From Lytechinus pictus (Eukaryota), in NCBI RefSeq assembly GCF_037042905.1, contig NC_087250.1, positions 23,004,001-23,068,000 on the forward strand: a DNA stretch of 64,000 nucleotides, given 5' to 3'. Each line of letters begins with the position of its first letter. Positions within the stretch are counted from its first letter, which is position 1. The position numbers and the translations under genes are program-made. Shown here piece by piece: positions 39,106 to 52,158 of the stretch. A model generated the notes under the pieces. The model was given only the letters and a program-made list of their open reading frames with translations. It did not search any database and had not been told where the DNA came from.

Positions 39106-40568
39106 AGAATAGTACATCAGGGATAAAGTTTGGAAATCTGTTTTATTGTCTGCATTTGACTATTGTTTAGGCTACTGTCAAATACCAGTGATTATGAAGG
39201 CTCTATTAATCTTCAGCTTGGATGTGATAAAATGAATATTTTAAAAGGAATACATGAATAATCATCAAATCACAAATGCCTATGTTAGTGAATTTGAAAG
39301 CCACCTTCATGGTTTATCTCAAATGACCTTTTTCTGCTCGTGCGCAGTTTACAACCGCGAACAGGCTTATAATGTTGACAAAAGGGCATATGGCAGCCAT
39401 TTTGAATGTTGAAATACAGTATTTATCACCTAAATTACATAAGATATGATATATTTTGTTATAAATCATGTTTTCAGACAATATTTCACTCATGAAATAC
39501 ATCACCATTTGGCCAAGCAAAGCCAACTTCTGTTGAAATGATTTGTTCCCATTCACATTGTGCATAATACCGTAAGGGCCTGTAGCGGCCATTTTGACTT
39601 TCAAATAACAGTATTTATCACCTACATGTAACTGGCAGAATAAATGGTATATCTTAATAGAAATTATGCTTTCAGACAATATTTTACTCATATATCACTA
39701 TTACATGCATTTATGGTGCTCACTCCTGTGAATATTGGTTTCCCACTTTGCATTGTACATAATACAGTTAATGTCTATGGCGACCATTTTGAAAGTCAAA
39801 ATACAGTATCAAACTTGAAACCTGAATGATATATTTCGTTAGAAAATACGTTTTTAGACAGTATCCCATTAATTTATCACATATGCATTTTAGTGCTCTT
39901 GTGATTTCTTTGCTCCTCTTTCTCATTGCGCATAATACTTTTAGGGCCTTTGGCAGCCATTTTGAATATCAGTATTCAGTATTCCACTCATTTAATCTTA
40001 ATAATATGCATTTTAGTGATCACACTTGCAAATTTTTTGGCCCCCATTGCCATTTTACACAATACTGTTTGGGCCAGTGGTGGCTATTTTAGATATCAAA
40101 ATACAGCAATGTTCGCATATATGACATAATAAATGATATATCTCGTAAATGATGATGATTTGCACATATTACTTCGTTCATACATCTTGATTTTTTGCAG
40201 TTTAGTGCTCATTTTTGTGAAAATTGGTTTTCCCTATTCATATTGTACATAATAGAGTATACAAAGGCCTATGGCGGCCATTTTGAATATCAGGAAAATA
40301 AATATTTTGTCAAAAAAAAAATTTTCAGAGTATTTCAAACAATTTCATACTAGCCAATGTGCGAAAAATTTTATGATTTTCTTGGGTAATTTGCATATTT
40401 TGGCGGCCATATTGGATTTTGCCAATTTGCGGAAAATGCTCAAGGTTACACGAGTGGCATCATTCAGATTGTATGGAGGCTAATTCCATTTTACTAATTT
40501 TCCTGTATATTATATGCCTTGTGGTTCTGATAAGAAGTGCTTATAGTTATACCTATCATTATCATTAG

Positions 40569-40900
40569 GTGTGGAAGCGTTGTGGTGTAGCGGTTCTGAC
40601 TCTCGCCTTGTAATCAGACGGTCATGTGTTAGAATCCCACCATGGCCTAGCGTTCTTTGGCATGGGGTTAATCCACACTTTGTCACTCTCCACCCAGGTG
40701 TTAAATGGGTACCCGGTAGGATGCGAAAGCCTATGTAGTATGCCTAGCAATTGAGTCTTGGAACTCTTGTTGGAAAGCTCCCCAGGGAGTGGAGAAGGGT
40801 ATACATTGTATTTCGGCATGCAAGGATCCGATGACCGGGGTAATAATATGTCGTTCCGATGTATTAAGCGCTATATAAATGCAGAATATTATCATTATTA
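40569..40900 (+). mobile_element. tRNA-derived SINE with Deu/Nin-like core
   Basis: A box tggtgtagcgg, degenerate B box gttagaatccc, core ctccacccaggtgttaaatgggtacccgg, end taagcgctatataaatgc..(att)n. Confidence 0.82.
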
Positions 40901-40907
40901 TCTCCAG

Positions 40908-41135
40908 ATAAGACTTCTTGCAACGTCCCTGCTGAAGTCGCAAATGGCCAGGTGGACGGAGCTTCAACCGTCGTCCCCGTCGGCACTGAGGTTACTGTCA
41001 GTTGCAACACGAATTACGCACCGTCGGGAGGACCTGGTGTATGTACAAGAAGTGAAGTCTTCGCTGATAACCAAGGCGGGAGCACGGAAGTGGGTACCGA
41101 TGAGCCGAGTGTGGTCGGACTTGCAGAATGTAACG
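40908..41135 (+). CDS. Exon 3: atypical Sushi/CCP domain with long insertion
   Basis: tctccag/ ... G/gtaagt, 228 nt, phase 1-1. (D)KTSCNVPAEVANGQVDGASTVVPVGTEVTVSCNTNYAPSGGPGVCTRSEVFADNQGGSTEVGTDEPSVVGLAECN; four Cys in CCP spacing. Confidence 0.88.
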
Positions 41136-41839
41136 GTAAGTATAGTCAGAGATTCCCGGACACTTTGGCGATTTTTCAAAATGCTCCATTTTGCTCGTGG
41201 GGAAGGGCATCCAACAGGGTTGAGTAAGCGTACATTGGCATATGTGTATTACGTATGGAGAAAATACTAGGGGATTTGGGATAGGGCACAAGGACAGCGC
41301 ATGAAAATAGTTCCACCTTTGCCTAAACCGGAAACCTATAAAGTATATTAATTTCTGTTTTTGACCCCCCAATAATTGAAGAAAATAAAAATTTAAATGT
41401 AAAAATTGTCTATTTCTCCACCGATTCCCACATATGTTTTGTACACAACCAAAAATGGCGATACGCGAAGATTTGCTTACTCACCGCTGTAGGGCGCTTT
41501 TCCCGAGCGTTTCATTACGCGCTCTATGTACTGTCCAGTCTTCTCCTTTGGTATAGTGAATACCAGTTTGCCATGTATTCCCGAACGGGCATTTACGCAT
41601 CAGAAAATAATTTCAATTATGCTTTAAACTTTGCAACATTCTTCCAAATGGAATTATGATGATTGTTATTTGTGCTACATTTTATTTATCATGATTATTA
41701 TTACATGTATTATCTCTACTGTCATTTTTGTTGGTATTTTAATTTTTACAATTTTTATCATTTTTGCTTTAATATTCTTTATTTTTAATCAAATACCATT
41801 TTTGTGTGATTATCATCATCATTCTTTATTACCATTACT

Positions 41840-42410
41840 GTAGTCATTTACCATCATCATTATTATAGTACTTATATTGTTGATATCATTACCATCATCA
41901 TTATTATCTAGTACTTATGTAGTTTATATCATTACCATCATCATTATTATAGTACTTATGTAGTTGATATCATTACCATCATCATTATTAAAGTAATTAT
42001 ATCATTGGTATAATTACCATCATCATTATTATCTAGTACTTATGTAGTTGATATCATTACCATCATTATTATTATAGTACCTATGTAGTTGATATCATTA
42101 CCATCATCATTATTACAGTACTTATGTAGTTGATATCATTACCATCATCATTATTATTATTGTACTTATGTAGTTGATATCATTACCATCATCATTATTA
42201 TCTAGTACTTATATCATTGGTATAATTACCATCATCATTATTATATATCGTTGATATCATTATTATAGTACTTATATCATTGGTATAATTACCATCATCA
42301 TTATTATATATCGTTGATATCATTATTATTGTACTTATATCGTTAATATCATTACCATCATCATTATTATAGTACTTATGTAGTTGATTTCGTCACCATC
42401 ATTACTGTAG
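41840..42410. repeat. ~39-42-bp AT-rich minisatellite before exon 4
   Basis: atagtacttatgtagttgatatcattaccatcatcattatt units. Shorter copy at ~49560-49790 before exon 6. Confidence 0.9.
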
Positions 42411-42459
42411 TTCATATCACACCCGAATGAATATGCTATACTTTTCTCACATTGTTCAG

Positions 42460-42651
42460 AACTCAAATGTGGAAAGCCTGCAGAGGGCACGAACACAGTA
42501 GAAGTTTCCATCACTGAAGGGGCATTAAATGAAGATTACTTCTATGAGTGCCTTCCTAACTATATTGCGGATGGATCATTAGCAGCGTGGTGCAAGTTGA
42601 ATGCAAATGATGAAGCTGAATGGATCCCATCGCCTGCTCCTTCATGCAGTG
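42460..42651 (+). CDS. Exon 4: Sushi/CCP domain, type A
   Basis: ttcag/ ... G/gtaagg, 192 nt, phase 1-1. (E)LKCGKPAEGTNTVEVSITEGALNEDYFYECLPNYIADGSLAAWCKLNANDEAEWIPSPAPSCS. Confidence 0.92.
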
Positions 42652-42894
42652 GTAAGGCAGGGCTCCACTCTAACCCTTTTTTTCCCCTACTGGTCCAAAC
42701 TGTTTTTCCATTTTTTACTGGTTTGAACCTAAAATTTACTGGTCCCCAAATAAAAGAAAAACATGAAAAAAAACTAAGTTTATTGAATCCCCCGAACAGA
42801 GTTCATTTAGGATTTGTCACACTATTGATGATTGAAGTCTGTGTTCCTTTAAAAAGCTAATTTACGTTTGAAAACTCAACCTTCAGTTAATTAA

Positions 42895-43478
42895 AGGAGA
42901 ATGAAACTCTTGGAGCAAGTTAGCTTTTGTGAAAGCAGAAAAATCAAAGAATAAGATCAACAAAAGTTTGAGTAAAATAGAACAAGCAATAGAAGAGTTA
43001 TGAGCATTTGAATGTCGAGATCACTAAAGCTATGGAGATCCTCCCATTGGCAATGCGACCAAGATCTATGATGTCACAGATGAACAACTCTCCCCTTTTG
43101 GACACTGAAAATATACCCCGAAACATCTCTTTTTGCTCATTCTAATCATATGACAAACGATTCATCAATGATATAATGTTGTGAAACCTCTGTACTTGTC
43201 CTCTCATAAAGAGAACACCTCACCTTGTGACAGACTCTATAAAAGTGAGAATATAAGTGAAATAAGTACTAAAGTAATGAGGGAGTTGTACGTGTGTGAC
43301 ATCACAGATCTTGGTTGCATTGCCAATTGGAGGAACTACATGGCATTAGTGATCTCAATGTTAAAATGCTCATAACTTTCTTATTATTCATTCAATCTTC
43401 CTAAAACTTTCAACAATATGTTTCTTCGATTTTTCTCTTTGATATGGATTCAGCTGGTTTCAAGGGTTTCATTCTCCT
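42895..43478. mobile_element. Kolobok-like MITE, related to 37200-37784
   Basis: ttaa|aggagaatgaaactcttg ... caagggtttcattctcct|ttaa. Confidence 0.85.
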
Positions 43479-43538
43479 TTAAGAATTCAATACTTACCAC
43501 AGCAATACAGCATGGTCAAAGTTTATCGAGCCTGTATA

Positions 43539-46342
43539 GGGCGATTCCACACTAGAACTTCAAAAATATCATAAATTTCAACATGCTTTCAATAAGTCAT
43601 GAATGGTGAAATATTTTACTATAATACCTAAATGTTATGAAAATTATGAGTTTTAACCAAAAGTGAAGTCAGATATAGTTGTTTTTGGGGGGAAACAATG
43701 GAATTTTCAATATTCAATAATTTTGCTGATTAAATAGTCAAGTACAAACACTGCCTGAAACCATTATTGGAAAAACACGAGAAGATTGAAAATATTGCAG
43801 GTCAATGGAATAATGTATCATTAATAATTCCAAATAATATCTACAACCTTTTCATGATCCATAATAGGGGCTTCCTGATTTTTTTCCGAACCTATTTTTG
43901 GCAATGTCCCCTACGACACATGAAAAATGCAAAAGTTTTTCTTACAATTTCTCTATCTTTTACCCATGGATGATCGATTTATCCTATAAGGATCTAATTA
44001 CTGTTCTTCATTTTTCAATAATTGTCCTATTAAAAGTTGTCCCTTACGACTCACAATATAGACTGCATTTCATTGCAGGATTTGGATTCAGAAACTATAA
44101 ACAGTAGGCCTATTATGATCTAAGTAATTGATTTGACATTAAGTGAACTGAATAGGTACTTTTTTTTTATCTCTATAGAACATGAAATAGGTGATTCTAA
44201 CCATTTTAATTGACTTCATGTAGGCATATTCTTTTGTGAATCCCTTTAGCTATACTGGTGATTTTGTGAAATGCTATTGTGAAATTATTATAAGATGTTA
44301 AAAAAAATATTTACATATCAGTTATCTATTTGGACCTCCCTTGATGATCACTATTTTTCTTATATGCAGTATTGAAACTCCTTACTTTTCTCAAGTCGTT
44401 AAAAAAAATCTGGAAAATAAGACAAACCATGTTGTTCCAAAAAAATCTGGCCAAGACAAACCATATAGTTTCATGAAATGCAGAAAAGTTTGAAAAAGTA
44501 GAATCGCATTACTTTAGAATTTTTTTTTTTTGGTGGAATTACAAGTGACAGTTGTGACATATATCATCTATATATACATGTACATTTTATATGAAAAATC
44601 ATAACATTTTAGCCCCATAATTTACATAAACACAGTTTCATTCATTCATTGTTTAAATAGTGTATTGTAAACCATCACTTAATTTACTAAAATATAACTT
44701 CACACAAAACCTCAAGTTTTTTAGCTCGTAAAAATGCTGTGAACCATTGTACATTTCCCATCATAAAAAATGATGATATATTGCTCCTGATTGTATGTAT
44801 ATATATAACGGATAGATTTGGTTACTTAAATATATTGTCCTGAATTACTACGTAAGGCTTTTCATTAAAAAGGAAGAATCTAAGGGCAATGCTCCCCTTC
44901 TGATTGATAAAAAGTTAATTGTTTTATTCAGGCTGTCCAGTACAACGCGCAAGTGCCTGTTCAACACACAGTGTCCCGTACGACACATTATTTTGTTTAT
45001 GATATATTGACAGAAATATTCAGCCGATAGCGGTTTCTAACATAATGAATGTCTTTAGTTTGATAGGATTATCATTATCATCAGCCAAATAAAGTGATTG
45101 AAGAAGTCAAAGAGACATAAAATAAGAAAGTTTGGCTTCAATTTAGAGATGTCCCGTACAACACATTTTGAGTGTCCCGTACGCCACAATGTTCTCGAAA
45201 ATTTTAATTTGCTTTATTTATTCATAAATGTTCATTTTGCTTTCTTTCAGACATGTGTTTGTTCTTAGGTAATTCAATATCAATTTGAGTTCAGTTTTTA
45301 TGAAAATTATCTGTCCAACTCACAGACTCTATAGTACAAACTTGAGGTTTCTAAAAATGCCACTTTTTCTGCGTCCCGTACGACACATTACTATTTTAAC
45401 CCTAAATCTCCCGGGGTATTTTGATTCTTGTCATTCCCGGGGGGGGGGGGGGGGGCCATTATGTCCCCCTCTTAAAATCTCGGCCGCGGATTGCGTGATC
45501 ACAACGAAAATCTGCATAATGGTAGAGAATGACGTAATCTACGCAATTGCATTGGTAAATTTCACTGAATTCATATATTTTTATTTTATATGAATTAATT
45601 ATGCTAATTTATTCATGAAATCATACTTTATGCTCTGATTCACTAAATAAAGCTCCTAGAATGCTATATTTTGGTGAAGCATTCCTAACAATTATGAATG
45701 AAAAAAATTCTGGTACCAAGACAGATTTCTTATGTATTTTATTGTTTTTTTAATTTCTTATGTATTTCTTAGTTTTTTACTTTTTGTTTTTTTTATATTT
45801 TTTTCGATGGAAATTGTTCCAGACTTAATTCTGATCATAAACAAGGCAAAATTAGTTAAGTTTAATCAGTAAAAGTAGAAATAATGATACATTTATGAAT
45901 TTTGGCTAAATACACAATTTGCATTGGATTTGTACACGTTTATCACATTTATGAGCAATTTTGGGTCTGACATACACTTTCATAATGTTGCATAATGTCG
46001 TAACCACGTACCCGGGCGTCACAAATTTGGTCTCAAAATTTGCGCGAGACTTAAAAGTAAAAAGACAGTGAGCGGCGAGGTCAAAAATTTTGTGCAGCAG
46101 ATATATCGCGAAAATTGTCGAGGGGGGGGCATTATGGCCCCCCCCCCCCCCCCCCCGGGAGAATTAGGGTTAAATCTGTATTATACAGGATGTGAATTCA
46201 AGTCACGTTAAGTATTGGTTTTCCCAACACTCTGGTAGTACTTGATGATGACCTTAAGTTACTGGAATATTTTTTTGTTTTTCTTGTCGAAAAACTGTCA
46301 AATGTTCTCTAAATGTCCCGTACCACACGTATGGAATCACCC
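43539..46342. mobile_element. ~2.8-kb non-autonomous DNA element
   Basis: Termini gggcgattccacac / gtatggaatcaccc. Repeated tgtcccgtacgacac motifs. TSD unclear. Confidence 0.55.
45400..46169. mobile_element. piggyBac-like MITE nested in the 43539-46342 element
   Basis: ttaa|ccctaaatctccccgggg ... ccccgggagaattaggg|ttaa. Confidence 0.8.
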
Positions 46343-47111
46343 AATATTACATTTGTCCTTGCATGATCATATTTACTTGAAACTCATACAAAATAACTGG
46401 TGATACATGATTATTTTTATATCAAAGTTTCATGATATAAATCTGTAGATCCATACTTTCAAAGTTATGCATTTCCCCGTGCATTTCAAAAATGTAACTT
46501 TGGTTAAGATTTCAAATTGATACCACAAGGTCCACAACATGGTCAAAGTTCATTGACTGACCATTTGACCTCGATCATGTGAATCAAAGTACATGGTAAT
46601 GATGAATGAAAACATTTACGACATCCTGGTGTAACATTAACCTTACTGAAAAGCAAAGTTTGGGCCAAATCATTTGCAAAAAATAATCTGAAATTTAAAA
46701 TAAGTTTGAGTCAGGTATTTGTAGAAAAGACATAATATTGAATATAAATGATATTTTTCTTTAAAAAATGTTGATTCTTTCGATACCACTGGATTCTTTG
46801 ACCTCAGAAATGGAGGTTTAGGTGCAAAACTTATGATTCTAGGGCATTGAGAAGCCGAGATATTGCAAAAAAAAAACCTTTCACGGCGGCCATCTTGAAA
46901 AATTGAAGATGGCATCCATAGGGGTCGGTGCAAATGAAAACATTGTTTATCTGATAGCTCATACCATGATGTTTCAAAAAATGTTTAGTTTTCAATTTAG
47001 TTTTCAATTTATTATATTAATAATTATCATTGTCTTTATTGTTGATATCATTTTCATTATCAAATTATCTTCATACCCGATCGCATTTGCTTTATTTTTT
47101 AAATCGTGCAG

Positions 47112-47300
47112 AAATCAAATGCGGTGCGCCCTCATCTGTTGCAAACGCAGGAGATGTTACCATCGATGAAGGATCAATCGCTGACACTTACTCCCATTCG
47201 TGTAATGCTGGTTTTGCTGCGGATGGTGACTTGACTACCACCTGTAATCTTGATGATGGAGGAGACACAGCAAGCTGGTCTCCTGTGGGCAGTTGCGTCG
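47112..47300 (+). CDS. Exon 5: Sushi/CCP domain, type B
   Basis: tgcag/ ... G/gtaagg, 189 nt, phase 1-1. (E)IKCGAPSSVANAGDVTIDEGSIADTYSHSCNAGFAADGDLTTTCNLDDGGDTASWSPVGSCV. Confidence 0.92.
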
Positions 47301-47901
47301 GTAAGGATTTGTCACATTATCTTTCAAATTCAGAGGTTTGCTTTTTAAATTCTGTTTTGCGTTCCAAGTAAACATCATGCGTCAAAGAAACAGAAAAACA
47401 AAGAGAACATTTGTTGTGCGTACCATGTACATTAGTGATGTGTTTTTTGACATTAGGGGTGTTGCAAGAAAATATTTTCAATCAGTTGCAAATTTTCTGT
47501 TGCAATTTTACTATCAATGGGTCAATTTTATCTGTTGGAAATAACTGAGATTACATTCCTTGTTGCAAGAGGCACTTCAGAAATCAATCAGAAATTTACA
47601 TGACATACGATCGATTTAGGGACCACAAGTAAACTCGCAATTGATCCCAAGTTTCTTGCAATACCCCGATGGAAATAGATACATCATAACTCTTCTCTCT
47701 CTCTTTCACTCCCTTGCCTTGAAATAGCACTTGAATCCCTCAAAGTAGCTCTTCGGCTTCCTGAACACTTTTTGAATCACAGAACTTAAAGGTCAAGTCC
47801 ACCTCATTAAAATGTTGCTTTGGATCAAAAGAGAAAAATCAGACAAGAATAATGATGAAAATGGAAATGGAGGTTTAGGTGAAAAACTTATGATTCTAGG
47901 G

Positions 47902-49131
47902 CAGCCATTCTCATTTACTTTTTTTGAAGCTCCACATTTCTTGTTGAGAATCTGTAATGCTCCACTATCCATTACGCGAACCAGCAATGTATCAGCGGAG
48001 GGGGTCCAGAGGCCCCTGGTGGGGGTCGAGGGGGCAGAGCCCCCAGAAGTTTTGGAATATGAGGCCTTTTAAATTGCCCAGAGGGGCTCTAATTAATATC
48101 AACAGAAGAAATACAAATGCCAACAAACTACACAATATTAATATTCAAAGAAAAATGACTAGTGACTTTTTCACATCATACCAATTATTACCATTAGTTC
48201 AGACTGTTCTGCACCAGATCCATTGGCTGAAGCAAGTGGCGTAATGAGTAAAAAAAAAATGAGGGGGATAGATATGGCAGCTGAAGCAAAATTGTTGAAC
48301 TTTTCAATACAAAAATCTATATTTTCACATAATATAAGAAAGTAATACAATATTCCACTCTTTCCCTTTCTTTTTCTCCTTTTTTTTCTTGGCCGTGAAA
48401 CACTTGGGGGGCCCCAAACTCCACCCCCATCTGTACGCCAGTGGCTGAAGTTACGTTCCCCGATTTTGCAAGGGCTGAAAATTAGGCGTTGCACGCCCCA
48501 AACTGCCCCTCTCTCTCTACAACTCGCGTGCAGTATCATTCATTCAGTTCGTGTTAAGCAAGAGTGCATGCAGGCAATCACGGCAGGCAATACATCTGAG
48601 CATATTTCACTTTTACAACTTCGGATTTTAATCGGCTTTGGAGACAAGGTTTCTGCTTGTTATGTCCCAAATTCATAATCTTTTATGATCAGGATGTTCT
48701 TTGAATATCATATTATTTGATGTTTAACTCTAATAACCAAAACGTATACTCAGGAAATGCAAAATTTCTCGCCGTTGAAACAGAAATCCTACAAACAAGG
48801 CTTTCAAATCACTTGTGTGGCACATAAACTATGTACAGCATAGAATAAATAAAAAGGAGAACACCATCGATCCTCCATAATAGGGGTTATCGAGTGCTAA
48901 ATTGGACAAAATTTGAGGAAATCAATTAGCAATTAAGTGTCAAGTAAAGATTTTTGTTTTCTCTTTGCATTAAAATGATCACCAAATCCTTATTTCCAGG
49001 TTACTGGTAGTTACATTTTTTCTCCCCAATTTTTCCTTATTTTTACTTTTTTTTATACCGGCTCCCAAGCGCCACTCAGCAAGGGTCGGTGCGCCACAAG
49101 TGGCGCGTGCACCACCATTTGAGAATCCTTG
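47902..49131. mobile_element. Non-autonomous hAT element (with a nested short hAT MITE at ~48234-48443)
   Basis: cagccattctca ... tgagaatccttg with 8-bp TSD ttctaggg (47894-47901 / 49132-49139). The uninterrupted site is visible in the homologous repeat at ~46808-46990. Confidence 0.82.
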
Positions 49132-49833
49132 TTCTAGGGTATTTAGAAGCCAAGATATTGCAAAAAAAAACCTTTCACGGCGGCCATCTTGAAAAATCCA
49201 AGATGGCAGCTATGTAGGGGTCGGTGCAAATGAAGACATTGTTTATCTGATAGCTCATACCATGACGTTTCCAAAAATGTCTAGTTTTCAATTTCTCCAA
49301 AAACATCCAGTTAAATTACATAGTGAAACCTACTACATGTTTAACAGAGAACCTTCCCTGGTAATTTAATGGTGGTTTTGGGGTGGTTGGTCACATTTGG
49401 TGTACACATACTTTGTGTAATCATCAAAAAGACTACAACCTGTTTGACCTACAGCATCAGTGGTACTTTGTCTAATATCCTTTCAGTCCTTCCATTTCGT
49501 CTAATTCCAAGACGTTGTAATGGAACCGAATTTACGTTACAGCGATTTATCCAAACTTTATCATTACCATCATCATTATAGTACTTATATCGTTGATATC
49601 ATTACCATCATCATCATTATAGTACTTATATCGTTGATATCATTACCATCATCATTATTAAAGTACTTATGTAGTTGATATCATTACCATCATCATTATT
49701 ATAGTACTTATGTAGTTGATATCATTACCATCATCATTATTATAGTATTTATATCGTTGATTTTCGTCACCATCATCACTGTAGTTCATATCACACCCGA
49801 ATGAATATGCTATACTTTTCTCACATTGTTCAG

Positions 49834-50025
49834 AACTCAAATGTGGAAAGCCCGCAGAGGGCACGAACACAGTAGAAGTTTCCATCACTGAAGGGGCATT
49901 AAATGAAGATTTCTTCTACGAGTGCCTTCCTAACTATATTGCGGATGGATCATTAGCAGCGTGGTGCAAGTTGAATGCAAATGATGAAGCTGAATGGATC
50001 CCATCGCCTGCTCCTTCATGCAGTG
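49834..50025 (+). CDS. Exon 6: Sushi/CCP domain, type A' (duplicate of exon 4)
   Basis: 192 nt with the same splice sites. Three nt differences from exon 4 (two silent, one Y>F). Confidence 0.92.
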
Positions 50026-50543
50026 GTAAGGCAGGGCTCCACTCTAACCCTTTTTTCCCCTACTGGTCCAAACTGTTTTTCCATTTTTTACTGGTTTGAA
50101 CCTAAAATAAACTGGTCCCCAAATAAAAGAAAAACATGAAAAAAACTAAGTTTATTGTATCCCCCGAATTTTGAATTTTGAAGAATGGTAGAGGGCAATA
50201 GTAGCCGCCCCCCCACCCAACCCGGCTTGGATAGGGTTAAATTTTACTAGCCTCAACAAAATGAACTCACCAACACTTCTCTTCCTCTTCTTTGTGTTTT
50301 CAAATGCATAGAGACTTTATTTGTAATGTGTTATGCGCTATACAAAAACTGACCATTGTTATTATAGTTCATTGTATCATTGTCTTTAACATTATTGATA
50401 TTTTGTGATTATTGGCATTGCCATCATCCCTTATTATAATAATTTTCATTATTTTATTGATTTTCATTATTACTATTTTTATTGTTAATTTCATTTTCAT
50501 TGTTTTTCCTGATTGCATTTGGTGTATTTTTCACATTGTGCAG

Positions 50544-50735
50544 AAATCACATGCAGCAATCCCCCATCTGTTGAAAACGCAGACCTTGATTCCACTCCAG
50601 CAGGAACAATTGGTGAAGTTTTAAGTTATTCGTGTAACGATGGCTTCATTCCGGACGGTGACTTGTCTACGACCTGTAATCGTGATGATGGAGGAGACAC
50701 AGCAAGCTATTCTTCTGTGCCAGGCAAATGCGTCG
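50544..50735 (+). CDS. Exon 7: Sushi/CCP domain, type B' (array copy 1)
   Basis: tgcag/ ... G/gtaagg, 192 nt. (E)ITCSNPPSVENADLDSTPAGTIGEVLSYSCNDGFIPDGDLSTTCNRDDGGDTASYSSVPGKCV. Confidence 0.93.
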
Positions 50736-51780
50736 GTAAGGATTTGTCACATTATCTTTCAGATTGAGAGGTTTGCTTTTTAAATTCTGATTCGTGTTAC
50801 AAGTAAAAATCATGCGTAAAACAAACAAAAAACATGAACCATGTACATCAGTGGTCTGTTAATTGACATAGAAATAGATACATTTTAACTCCTCTCTCTC
50901 TCTCTCATTCTTTCTCTTGCTTTGAAATAACACTTGAATCCCCCAAATTGTATCAAATGAAGAGGAGTTGCAAACTATATGTATATAGCTCTCAGTCTTA
51001 TACCCTGTTTAGATCTGTCTCTCTCTCGCGTCACACTAAACAATCGTCTGGAACGAACACGGCATAAAATCAATTGTGAAACATTTCTGTTTTTTCATCT
51101 TTTCCAACAACTTTGTATTTTTCTAGTTTTATTTTTATCTTTTTTTGTCATAAATTTTCAATGTATCTCCTAGTTTATACATTTTCATCTTTCATTAATT
51201 CTTATGTGTATTTTGTTCTCTCCTTCCATTTTCATCTTGAAGATTTGTAACATATTTCTTTAATATGCTTTAACTCCCAAACAAACTCCCAAATTCCCTG
51301 GAAAAAAATCGATTCAGATACATGTAACAAAGTCAAAACAGCTCTTAAAACATACTTATTTAAATTGTACCTAGCCTCAACATAATGAACTCACCAACAC
51401 TTCTCTTCCTTTCCTTTGTTTTCTCAAGTGCATAGAGACTTATTTGTTCTGTGATATGCGCAATACAAAAACTGACCATTATTATTATTATTATTATTAT
51501 TAGTTGAATTTTGAAGAATGGGAGAGGGCAAGAGTAGTTCCCTTTCATGTAAATGTAAAATTAGAATGATTATTGTTATTTGTGCTACATTGTATTTATT
51601 ATGATTATTATTATTATCTCTACTCTAATTATCATTGGTATTATAATTTCACTATTTTGATAATTTTTTGCTAAAACTTTATTTTTAATCATTACCATTA
51701 TTGTGTGATTATCATCATCATCCTTTATTATCATCATTATTGTAGTCATTTTATCATTACCAGCATCATTATTATAGTAC

Positions 51781-52050
51781 TTGGGGCGTTGTGGTCTAGT
51801 GGTTAAGACTCTCGTCTTTCAATCTGAAGGACGTGGGTTCGATTCCAAGCTATGGCGTGTTTTCCTTCAGCAAGAAATTTATCCACATTGTGCTGCACTC
51901 AACCCAGGGTACCGGCAGGAAGCAATTCCTGAAAAAGCAGTGAGCACCGGAATCAGTAGACTATATGTAGCTTAGCCGGGGTGATATAGGAGCGCCTAGA
52001 GCACTTAGGAAGGTGGATATGTGCACTAAACAAATCCTATATTATTATTT
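51781..52050 (+). mobile_element. tRNA-derived SINE in the repeat unit (further copies start at 53409, 55036, 56677, 58300, 59929, 61558, 63187)
   Basis: A box tggtctagtgg, B box ggttcgattcc, core cactcaacccag..ggtaccggcagg, 3' end agcgcctagagcac..(att)n. Confidence 0.88.
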
Positions 52051-52158
52051 ATTTATAATTTTATTACTTATATCGTTGATATCATTTTCGTCATCATAAT
52101 CATTGTAGTTCATATCACACCCGAATGAATATGCTATGCTTTTTTTCACATTGTGCAG

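Noticed and set aside
40758..41372. 170-aa and 124-aa ORFs overlapping exon 3
   Set aside because: Alternative frames spanning SINE and intron sequence. Only the CCP frame fits the splice sites.
41840..42410. CRISPR-like repeat of ~40 bp
   Set aside because: Head-to-tail minisatellite without spacers.
51781..51855. tRNA gene array (one per unit)
   Set aside because: No proper acceptor stem or T-run terminator. The sequence continues into a SINE core and (att)n tail.
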